58,548 nt of DNA, taken from IMG/VR virus record IMGVR_UViG_3300010392_000784; one strand, given 5' to 3'. The number at the start of each line of letters is the position of its first letter. Positions within the stretch are counted from its first letter, which is position 1. Below the pieces are notes generated by a model. That model had not been told where the DNA came from. It saw only the letters and a list, made by a program, of their open reading frames with translations, and made no database searches. The stretch is from a virus. Made by a program: the position numbers and the translations under genes. This document shows, piece after piece, positions 29,629 to 36,837 of the stretch.

Positions 29629-30006
29629 ATGCCCGAATCCCCTCCCAATGGTATCCACTTCCTGCTCGGCGAGTTGAAGGGCGGACTCAGTGCGCTCAAG
29701 GAAACCGTCGAGGTCTCGTCTCGCCGATCGGCTGAGCATCACACCAAGGTGTTCGAGAGAGTCGACAATTTGACGGAGCGGATCGGCGCAGTAGAGCACC
29801 AGGTCAAGCACATGTCCGAGGTCGCCGAGACCGTGGAGAAGGTCAAAGATCGGCTGGACAAGATCACCACAGAACGCCGAGTTGACACTGCAAAGCGTGT
29901 CGGAGTGATCGCTGGAGTCGCGCTGACGTTCTCCCTGATAGGGAACGCCGCCTATCAGAAGACCGCTGCGGCAGCGACAGCAATCTTCCAGAAGCTTTTC
30001 GGGTGA
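29629..30006 (+). CDS. Coiled-coil protein with a C-terminal TM (125 aa), possible envelope-disruption component
   Basis: Helical charged N-terminal region; VGVIAGVALTFSLIGNAAY TM near the C-terminus. Confidence 0.5.
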   Translation: MPESPPNGIHFLLGELKGGLSALKETVEVSSRRSAEHHTKVFERVDNLTERIGAVEHQVKHMSEVAETVEKVKDRLDKITTERRVDTAKRVGVIAGVALTFSLIGNAAYQKTAAAATAIFQKLFG

Positions 30007-30329
30007 ACCCCATGCGAACCACCATCCTATGCCTGATAGCCTTCCTCACCCTCTCTGGGCCCGCTGAGGCCCATTCGTGGTACGATACGGAGTGCTGCAA
30101 CGAAAACGACTGCAAGCCCGTCAAGCTGCTCAGCATCAAGAACGGCGTCTATTCGTGGAGGTCATGGCGGAAGCCGCAGCATGTCCTCAGCATCCACATC
30201 GACGACAAGCGGGTAAGGCCGGCGCTCGATGGCGGGTTCCATGCCTGCGAAGCGCCATGGGCCGACACAAGCAAGCAGACGCCATCACCTGTCCGGGTCC
30301 ACTGCGTTTATATTGGGGCTGGGGGTTGA
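30003..30329 (+). CDS. Secreted Cys-rich protein (108 aa)
   Basis: Signal peptide TTILCLIAFLTLSGPAEA followed by HSWYDTECCNENDCKP; no lipobox. Confidence 0.55.
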   Translation: MNPMRTTILCLIAFLTLSGPAEAHSWYDTECCNENDCKPVKLLSIKNGVYSWRSWRKPQHVLSIHIDDKRVRPALDGGFHACEAPWADTSKQTPSPVRVHCVYIGAGG

Positions 30330-30340
30330 GCGCTAGAGCG

Positions 30341-30478
30341 TCATTCATTGTCCCATAGTTCCCATTTAATATTCCCGGCCATCGTGAGCATTCCGCATTT
30401 CAGGCACCGCCAAAAGGTCCGCCTGAACTCGTAGCTGCTCATCTTCCACGAATGTTTGCAACGCTTCCGTTCTCCCAT
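30341..30478 (-). CDS. Small zinc-ribbon-like protein (45 aa; below the ORF-track cutoff)
   Basis: MGERKRCKHSWKMSSYEFRRTFWRCLKCGMLTMAGNIKWELWDNE; GGAGG lies 10 nt upstream of the ATG; CxH...CxxC. Confidence 0.4.
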   Translation of the reverse strand: MGERKRCKHSWKMSSYEFRRTFWRCLKCGMLTMAGNIKWELWDNE

Positions 30479-30541
30479 CACAGTTCGACCTCCACGCGGG
30501 TCAGTTTCTCAGGCGGCTCCGTTTGAGTAGCGCCGCGGTTT

Positions 30542-30769
30542 TCATATCTGGCCTCCTGTGTCAGGGAGGCGGGTAAAGCGACCGTCAAGAAATTCCCACA
30601 GCGGTCGCACCCATGCCGGCCCCTCGCCGCCAACCTCTCGGTAGACAACGACTGGCTCCAAAGTTCCCTCGATCAACGCGTGACTTGCGATAATCTCGTA
30701 GGTGTTCTTGGTTTTTTCATGCCGCCAAATGGTCCCGTCGTGCCCGTCATACCCATCGTCGATTGTCAT
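30542..30769 (-). CDS. DUF1653-like protein (75 aa from ATG 30769; the track gives TTG 30790)
   Basis: AGGAGA lies 8 nt upstream of ATG 30769; ...WRHEKTKNTYEIIASHALIEGTLEPVVVYRE...WVRPLWEF. Confidence 0.6.
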   Translation of the reverse strand: MTIDDGYDGHDGTIWRHEKTKNTYEIIASHALIEGTLEPVVVYREVGGEGPAWVRPLWEFLDGRFTRLPDTGGQI

Positions 30770-30802
30770 GTCTGTGGTCTCCTGCTTCAATCTCCGCCTC
30801 AG

Positions 30803-30827
30803 ACCTCATGGTCATTGACCATAAGGT
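30803..30827. promoter_or_regulatory. 25-bp imperfect palindrome, copy 1 (ACCTCATGGTCATTGACCATAAGGT)
   Basis: Intergenic between the DHH stop and the DUF1653 RBS; near-identical copies at 46725 and 54696. Confidence 0.7.
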
Positions 30828-30840
30828 TCGAAGCCTGGTT

Positions 30841-31755
30841 TCAGGATGGCGCGCGGAAGCCGGCGGCATTGCGATGTCCGCCGCCACCGAATTCCCTCGC
30901 CACCTCGCTGACGTCTTCGCGGCTATCTTCCGAGCGCAACGAATAGGTCCGCCCTCCATAGGCGTCGACCACGACGGCCGCAAAAGGCGCGTCGGGGTGC
31001 TCCTTCAACAGTTCATGGGCCAGGTCGCTGGCAAAGGCATAGGGCGCGTGCGCAACCGGCACGCCCTCCCACCGGCCGATTGTCTTGAGCGTCGCGGTCG
31101 GCACCATGTCGGCAATTTTCTGGTCGTAGAACCGCTCGATCGCGTGCGCTTCGGCCAGAACGAATTTCCGATCGCCGCCGATATCGTCGAAGGCGCGCAT
31201 CAGATCATCCCAGATATTGAAGTCATAGGGGTAGCTCCGCAGCATCAGCGACAGCGCCCGTGTGTCTTCCAGGTTGAAACGCCAGAGATCGCGGTCTTCG
31301 ATGTGCCGTATCAGCTTCGGCGCCGCTCGCCCCGGAAAACAGAAGGACCACGCGAGACTTGCTCCAGACCGTTCCATGTCGAATTCGGCGAGTACGTTTC
31401 CCATTGGCCCGGACATCCGGTCGAACAGACGCTGCGCTCTTTCAAAATTGCCATTGTGCATCTGGTCTACATCAAACAAATCCTCGTAAGCAGATTTGTG
31501 GTGGTCGAGAATCACGATCGATTTTGCCCGCGTCGCGAGTTCGGAGAGAGTATCCGGCTTGTAGGAGAAATCGGCGATCAGGATGTTCTTGCCATCGATC
31601 TCATTCAAATCGAGCGGAAAGGGCTGGCCGTAATTCGTTCCGCACAGCGTCACGTCCAGCCAGCGCCGGCGAACCACCCATGCAGCAGCGAAGCCGTCAT
31701 CGCATGGGAAGTGATAGAGGCAGATATCAGGTTTCCATTCGGTATTGCTGTTCAT
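30841..31755 (-). CDS. DHH/DHHA1 family phosphoesterase (NrnA-like size, 304 aa)
   Basis: AGGAGAAAATCGAA RBS before ATG 31755; motifs HFPCDDGFAAA, ILDHHKS, GGGHRNAAGF. Confidence 0.7.
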   Translation of the reverse strand: MNSNTEWKPDICLYHFPCDDGFAAAWVVRRRWLDVTLCGTNYGQPFPLDLNEIDGKNILIADFSYKPDTLSELATRAKSIVILDHHKSAYEDLFDVDQMHNGNFERAQRLFDRMSGPMGNVLAEFDMERSGASLAWSFCFPGRAAPKLIRHIEDRDLWRFNLEDTRALSLMLRSYPYDFNIWDDLMRAFDDIGGDRKFVLAEAHAIERFYDQKIADMVPTATLKTIGRWEGVPVAHAPYAFASDLAHELLKEHPDAPFAAVVVDAYGGRTYSLRSEDSREDVSEVAREFGGGGHRNAAGFRAPS

Positions 31756-31787
31756 TTCGATTTTCTCCTGTGGTTGATTTTCACGGC

Positions 31788-31955
31788 CTACAGCTTCTTC
31801 ACCAGCCGTTTGGTTGCCTTGTCGTAGATCCTGACCCGTCCGCTCCGATCCGTGCATGCGAACAGACCCCTGTCCTTCAGCCAATGGCATATGCGGGCCA
31901 TCTTCTCGTCGTCTTGCGGGCGGGGCTGGGCCGACTTGGCGCCTGGGCGTTTCAT
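31788..31955 (-). CDS. Small basic protein (55 aa; below the ORF-track cutoff)
   Basis: [55 protein letters not shown]; its ATG overlaps the frame-A methylase stop (ATGA). Confidence 0.5.
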   Translation of the reverse strand: MKRPGAKSAQPRPQDDEKMARICHWLKDRGLFACTDRSGRVRIYDKATKRLVKKL

Positions 31956-33115
31956 GGCCTGCAATCCATCACGGCCGCTATGAATTCCGCCGCGAGCGGA
32001 GCGACGATGCTGTTTCCGTAGGCGCGCAGCTGGCCCACTCGGTTGGCAACCCCATGAGCCAGCGGGAATGTTCCGGGTTCAACTGGCCTCCACCTTCCAT
32101 CCCGGCAGAAGAGCCAATCAGCATCTCGCCAGTAGCCGTCAGTCGGGCGGGCTGGTCGAGGTTGATCAGCAAGTGCCCCGTCTGCCGGTCCAGTTGCGCG
32201 TTGCCCCCGCCCGGCGATGGGTTCCATGTCGTCCGGCCCGTGTCGCTCGCTCTGGGACTGGTCCATCCCGCCAGCGTCGCGCCCTGGTTCAAGTCCTGCG
32301 GCGAGCCCTTCCGTTCGATCTCCCGAGCCGAGCCCTCCGCCGTTCGGACGTTCTTGTCCCCGTCCGTGGCTCGTGCCGTCGGCCAGCCGGCGAGCTGCGC
32401 CTGCCGCGGCAACTGATCCAGCCTCTCCCGCGTCGAGCCGTCCGGGTTCGTCCCCGTCGTCGACATGCCGGCCGTGTCCTTCCAGTCCCGGCTCGAGGCC
32501 GTCGCCCACCCCACCTGCGGCAGATCGTGTATCGTAGGCGTAGAACCAGAGCCTTTGCCGGATGTGCGGTGCGCCGATGCCCGCAGCGCAAAGATCGGCT
32601 CCGACAGAGCCATAGTGTGCGTTTTGTAGGTCAGCCGATACAACGTCGAGCCACAGTCGACCATCCTTTGACGCGACCTGCTCGCCAAAGATTTCTGAAG
32701 GGCGGCACTCGCGGACGAGCCGGGAAAACTCAGGCCAAAGGTGTCGCGGATCCGCATCGCGAGAACATCCGCAATCGAGGCAGACGAAATATCCGGTTCG
32801 GCGAGGATGGCACAAATGACGTTGGCCTCCACAAGCAGTGCATCGTTGCTTTTTCCCGGCCGAGGAGAACGGGGGGCATGGGCACGATCCGGTCCAAACA
32901 GGTCGCCCTGCCGGCCATCCCGCAAGTTGGAGGGCGTAATCCCAGACTCCGATGCCGGCGAACAGGTGGACGCGGGTGAAGCCTCGGAGGTCTTCGGGTT
33001 GGACTTCTGTGATCGATCGTTCATCGACTTCTCCTTGCATGATCAGACCGGCCGCCATGAGGTTCCGAATCCACTGGGCGGCGTACGAATCGTGTTCATT
33101 GTAATATGCCGTCAT
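31952..33115 (-). CDS. DNA (cytosine-5) methyltransferase, frame A; the central third looks out of frame
   Basis: [33 protein letters not shown]-terminal [14 protein letters not shown]; the middle of the ORF is G/R/D/E/P filler. Confidence 0.55.
   Translation of the reverse strand: MTAYYNEHDSYAAQWIRNLMAAGLIMQGEVDERSITEVQPEDLRGFTRVHLFAGIGVWDYALQLAGWPAGRPVWTGSCPCPPFSSAGKKQRCTACGGQRHLCHPRRTGYFVCLDCGCSRDADPRHLWPEFSRLVRECRPSEIFGEQVASKDGRLWLDVVSADLQNAHYGSVGADLCAAGIGAPHIRQRLWFYAYDTRSAAGGVGDGLEPGLEGHGRHVDDGDEPGRLDAGEAGSVAAAGAARRLADGTSHGRGQERPNGGGLGSGDRTEGLAAGLEPGRDAGGMDQSQSERHGPDDMEPIAGRGQRATGPADGALADQPRPARPTDGYWRDADWLFCRDGRWRPVEPGTFPLAHGVANRVGQLRAYGNSIVAPLAAEFIAAVMDCRP
31978..32530 (-). other. +1-frame segment of the methylase locus that carries the compositional coding signal
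   Basis: Almost all codons are G/C-ending in this frame; [39 protein letters not shown] and [16 protein letters not shown]. Confidence 0.6.
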
Positions 33116-33699
33116 CGCACTACCGCCTTTCGGCGTTTGTGTGCCGCTTTGAGTCCTTCGGAAATGCGCCTCTTATGCTCCTCTGATCGCAAAGACCTCT
33201 TTTTCCCCAGTTTCGCAGCCGAAAGCTTGGCGCGATGTTCTGCCGTGAGATATTTACCTTTATGTGCGGCAGATATTCTTGCTTTAGCTTCTTCCGTATG
33301 TTTACGCCCTAATCCCGCTATGCTTATTTTCATTTTAGCTTCTGGAGTGTGTCGGTTGGAACGGCATTTGTCGCGCATTCGCTGCATGGACTCTTCACTT
33401 AACCCAGCAACTCCATCACCTCCATCTGTCATATTATATCCAAATGGGGCTTTCGTATTTAGTGACTTAATAAAGTCTTTCTCTGCATCGCACAAAGAAA
33501 CCCAATCCTCAGCTTCGCCTATTTTTTTTATTTCAAATGCTTCCACACCGTATTTTCTAATGGCGCTTGCCAAAGCCGTAGAAATGCTTTTTCTTCTGGA
33601 CATTTCAATATGTTCCGACAATCTTTTAGATAGACTGCGGCGGGTAATCCCCACATATTTCTTACCATTACGCAAATTTGTGATCAGATACACTTTCAT
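33112..33699 (-). CDS. Free-standing GIY-YIG homing endonuclease with NUMOD3-like repeats (195 aa)
   Basis: MKVYLITNLRNGKKYVGIT...; repeated H/K-rich helices (RHTPEAKMKIS, KHTEEAKARIS, YLTAEHRAKLS, LRSEEHKRRIS); visibly AT-rich relative to its flanks; GAGGG RBS; its stop overlaps the methylase ATG. Confidence 0.8.
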   Translation of the reverse strand: MKVYLITNLRNGKKYVGITRRSLSKRLSEHIEMSRRKSISTALASAIRKYGVEAFEIKKIGEAEDWVSLCDAEKDFIKSLNTKAPFGYNMTDGGDGVAGLSEESMQRMRDKCRSNRHTPEAKMKISIAGLGRKHTEEAKARISAAHKGKYLTAEHRAKLSAAKLGKKRSLRSEEHKRRISEGLKAAHKRRKAVVR

Positions 33700-33709
33700 A
33701 AATCCCTCG

Positions 33710-34306
33710 TTATAGTAGGCGCGTGTCATCTTCTGCCCCCGCTCCGATCCGGCATGGCAGCGTTGGCGAGTCGATCTCGTGTTTCTCGTCTCCCCTCGGC
33801 GGTTGGGTTCCCCTGCCCTCTTCTCGCGACCATTCCCGCGCCGGCAGCGGCCGTTCCCATTTCGGGTCCGGTTCGAACAGATCCCCGATGTGCGCCTTGC
33901 CCCGGGGCCCAGGAAGCCATATCGAGCCCGCAGGGTGCACGCCGTTGTAGACCATCTGCATCGCTTCTGATTTGGTGACATCGCACTGAAGGCGGAGACT
34001 GTACGGCATGTGATAGGAGAACAGGCCACGGCTTGCTGCGGACGAAGATCCACGGTTCTCGGCGTCAACCCTGATTGCCATCTTGCGAGCCGCGCCGATG
34101 CAATCTGCCGGCAGCGGCCATGTGCGGCGCGTCGCCGAAACCTGCAGGTGTTCCGCCGCTCTGGCCAGAACAGGCGCAGAAAACGATTGCAGCGCCTTGC
34201 CGTACATCGCCATGACCTTGGCCGGGTCATCGCCAGGCGGGTCCCCGAAGAAAGCCCGCATCGGCGTGAAAAAATGGGTGTTCAGTTCTTCGGTCGTCAC
34301 GGTCAT
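33710..34306 (-). CDS. Hypothetical protein (198 aa), replication-module neighbour
   Basis: ATGA-type overlap with the DUF1376 gene; G/C-ending codons. Confidence 0.6.
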   Translation of the reverse strand: MTVTTEELNTHFFTPMRAFFGDPPGDDPAKVMAMYGKALQSFSAPVLARAAEHLQVSATRRTWPLPADCIGAARKMAIRVDAENRGSSSAASRGLFSYHMPYSLRLQCDVTKSEAMQMVYNGVHPAGSIWLPGPRGKAHIGDLFEPDPKWERPLPAREWSREEGRGTQPPRGDEKHEIDSPTLPCRIGAGAEDDTRLL

Positions 34307-35139
34307 GCCGTTCCCTCCGGGTTGTTGATTCCTTCAAGCGCTTTCGTCAGGTCCTCGTCGCTCACTCGCTTCGCCCATGGATCGCGCCTCGGCGGCGCCT
34401 GCTGGGCCGGTTGTCTGGGACGATCCTGCTCGCGGGAAAGCCACGCCACGACGAAGCGGCGCATGCCCCTCGGTGTTTTTCGTCGTGTCGGGTTGGCGAG
34501 CAGCCAGGCCCGCATTTCGCCGAGAGCCTGCCGCACCTCGACGGCCGGGAATGATTTCTGCCACTCGGAGACTTCGTCTTCCGTGATCGGAACGGGATCA
34601 CCGGACACTGCCGGGAGCTCGATCGCCGGAGGTTCTTCGGGCAGGAGGGGCGGAGCGGATTTTTCCGGCTCCGCACAAACATCGAAGCGAAGCGTAGATG
34701 TTTCTTCTTCTGGATTCTGGACTCTGGCTTCTGGTTTATGCGCGCGATGCTTAAGCCCCGCTTCAGGCAACGCGTTGTTTTTATTGAATCGTGGTTGATT
34801 TTCAGGCGTTTTTCGTCCGCCTTTCGCGCCGTTTTCAGAGAGTTTTCGAGAGATTTTCGCGCTGTTTTCGATCTCTTTTTCAGCGCGAGAGTTGGTCAAG
34901 TGCCCACCCAAGTCGACCAATTTCCCAGCCTCGATCAGACGGGAACGAAGGGTGTTCCACTTCCTTATCGAGCACCCGCAGGCCCCGGCAATCCATCGCG
35001 CGTCATCTGGGATCGGGCGGCCTCTGTCGTAGATCAGATCGAGACAGATGGCGTAGGCCCCTTTTTCTTCGACCGACAGTCCGATCGTCCCGGCAATGAA
35101 GTCGGAGGGGTATCTCTTGTACCAAGGTCGACTGCCCAT
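34303..35139 (-). CDS. DUF1376 (YdaU-like) replication-associated protein
   Basis: PWYKRYPSDFIAGTIGLSVEEKGAYAICLDLIYDRGRPIPDD matches the DUF1376 pattern (recollection). Confidence 0.65.
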   Translation of the reverse strand: MGSRPWYKRYPSDFIAGTIGLSVEEKGAYAICLDLIYDRGRPIPDDARWIAGACGCSIRKWNTLRSRLIEAGKLVDLGGHLTNSRAEKEIENSAKISRKLSENGAKGGRKTPENQPRFNKNNALPEAGLKHRAHKPEARVQNPEEETSTLRFDVCAEPEKSAPPLLPEEPPAIELPAVSGDPVPITEDEVSEWQKSFPAVEVRQALGEMRAWLLANPTRRKTPRGMRRFVVAWLSREQDRPRQPAQQAPPRRDPWAKRVSDEDLTKALEGINNPEGTA

Positions 35140-35274
35140 GATTCGTCTTCCGACAATGCGCCGTGGGAAATCGGCTGTTTTCGCTTGTCAGGGAAGGATC
35201 GGCGGGCTATACGGAGATTGCTGATCTCCCAAGATCCTGTCGATCGCACCCTGTCAGTGTTTCGACCCTTCCCC

Positions 35275-35304
35275 GAAGGCCCCGTTTCCCAAAGCGGGGC
35301 CTTC
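35275..35304 (-). terminator. 10-bp GC hairpin immediately after the GcrA-like gene
   Basis: GAAGGCCCCG-N10-CGGGGCCTTC, 8 nt past the stop codon; poor U-tract. Confidence 0.4.
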
Positions 35305-35311
35305 GCCCTTT

Positions 35312-35674
35312 CTACACGTCAATCGCCCCGACGTCACCCAGAACGTTTGCAGAACCACGGCGGACAAGTTCCTCGGCGGTCTCCCGATAGGCCCGCAGGA
35401 GCGCCAGCAGAAATTTCTTGTTGCGCTTCTTGAGGTCGTCCTGCCGGCCCGGATCCAGCGGGTCGAACGCCGTATTGACGTGATACGGATGCGCGAACGG
35501 CGACGCCCCGGTCAGCCCGAGCCCGCTTCTCTTCGCAGTGATGGCGCCTGGCGTCCGGCCCATCAGCCGGCCGATCTCGGCGTCGGTCAAGCCTTTCGCG
35601 TAAAGGGCGCGAAGCTGGTCTGCGGTGTCTTGTGTCCAGCGCGGCGGCCGGCCTCGTTTCTGGTTGTCAGGCAT
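35312..35674 (-). CDS. GcrA-like cell-cycle regulator homologue (120 aa)
   Basis: RWTQDTADQLRALYAKGLTDAEIGRLMGRTPGAITAKRSGLGLTG parallels the GcrA N-terminal domain. Confidence 0.6.
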   Translation of the reverse strand: MPDNQKRGRPPRWTQDTADQLRALYAKGLTDAEIGRLMGRTPGAITAKRSGLGLTGASPFAHPYHVNTAFDPLDPGRQDDLKKRNKKFLLALLRAYRETAEELVRRGSANVLGDVGAIDV

Positions 35675-36824
35675 CGGTGGTTTCTCCTTCCTTCACGATC
35701 TTCTCGTAGAGCTCGGTGATCCCCTCGCGCTGCTTTCGCCCGAAGGCCTCGCCGATGGGGCCGTAGCTGGCCGTTCTGACGATCTCGTAGAACTCCTCGG
35801 GCTTAGACGAGTGCTGGCCGTCGACGCCCGGCCGGCCTTCAAACCATGTCGGCAGATTGTCTACGCGCGTGGTCTTCTTGCCCCTGGTGCCAAACAGGAT
35901 CTGCTCGGTGTCGTTTCTGAAATAGTGGCCCATGCCGATGTTCGGCTTCTTCCAGGTGATGATGGTCCTGTAGTCGAAGCCCCAGACCTGGGTGAGGATC
36001 CGCCACGCCTCGCCGACGAAGTTGTTCGGCGACCACATGTAGAGGTGGCAGAACTCGTCGTCCGCCCAGCGAAGGGGGTCGATATCTTCGATCTCCTCGA
36101 GGGTCATCATGGCGTAGCCAGGCGCTGCCTGACCGGTTTCGCTGAGCCAGTCGAACTTCCACGGGCAGTCGAGGATCAGGGTGCGGAACTTCCCCTCGAC
36201 CGGCTTCAGGCCGTGGACCCGATCTTCGTCCCTCGCCTTCATCACCTTCTGGTACGGCGCGTTCACCTTGCCGGTGCGGTCCATCTGGTCGACAAGGTGG
36301 CCGAAGCGGTCCGGATCGGCCTCGGCCGCCGCGATCACCGCTTTCGCCCGCTCGTATGTCTTGCCGGAGGTGCCCAGGTCCCTGGCGACCAGATCGCGCG
36401 TCGCGCCGCCGTTCTGACCTTCTGGTAATTGACCACCACCCCTCCGGCGCTCGGCCGCCTCCTCGGCATAGCGCGCCTCGAGCTTTCTGCCGATCGCCAC
36501 CAGTTCGGACGGGGCGTAGTCCTTTCGACCGCGGTTCTCCGCCACCTGCTCGACCAGGTCGTCACGCTCGCGGACCAGCACTTTGATGTGCGTGTAGCCG
36601 AGTTGCTTCGCCGCGAGCAACCTCCGCTCGCCCCAGCACAGTCGGCCGTCCGGGGTGATGCCGATCGGCTGAAGGATATCGCCAGCCTCGGTGATCCAGC
36701 CGACCATGGTCTCGATCTCGAGGTCATGCCGGTGGCGATCCTCGACGACGATGTCCTCGACCGGCCAGAGTTCGTAGTCCTCCGGCTTGTGCATCGGCGC
36801 GTTGTGGTTCGGCTTCGTCATCAT
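35667..36824 (-). CDS. ParB-like nuclease domain fused to an MT-A70 family N6-adenine methyltransferase (385 aa)
   Basis: GAGGAGA RBS before ATGATG 36824; ParB-like N-terminus (GERRLLAAKQLG); LILDCPWKF (a DPPW variant). Confidence 0.7.
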   Translation of the reverse strand: MMTKPNHNAPMHKPEDYELWPVEDIVVEDRHRHDLEIETMVGWITEAGDILQPIGITPDGRLCWGERRLLAAKQLGYTHIKVLVRERDDLVEQVAENRGRKDYAPSELVAIGRKLEARYAEEAAERRRGGGQLPEGQNGGATRDLVARDLGTSGKTYERAKAVIAAAEADPDRFGHLVDQMDRTGKVNAPYQKVMKARDEDRVHGLKPVEGKFRTLILDCPWKFDWLSETGQAAPGYAMMTLEEIEDIDPLRWADDEFCHLYMWSPNNFVGEAWRILTQVWGFDYRTIITWKKPNIGMGHYFRNDTEQILFGTRGKKTTRVDNLPTWFEGRPGVDGQHSSKPEEFYEIVRTASYGPIGEAFGRKQREGITELYEKIVKEGETTDA

Positions 36825-36837
36825 TTCGGTGATCTCC

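Noticed and set aside
30763-31827. 354-aa plus-strand ORF across the DHH locus
   Set aside because: It is antisense to the DHH gene, which carries the DHH/DHHA1 motifs and an RBS. It has no motifs of its own.
33700-34230. N-terminal 177-codon extension of the GIY-YIG ORF in the track (33112..34230)
   Set aside because: The extension is R-rich filler overlapping gene 33710..34306 in another frame. The GIY-YIG domain begins at ATG 33699, which has its own RBS.
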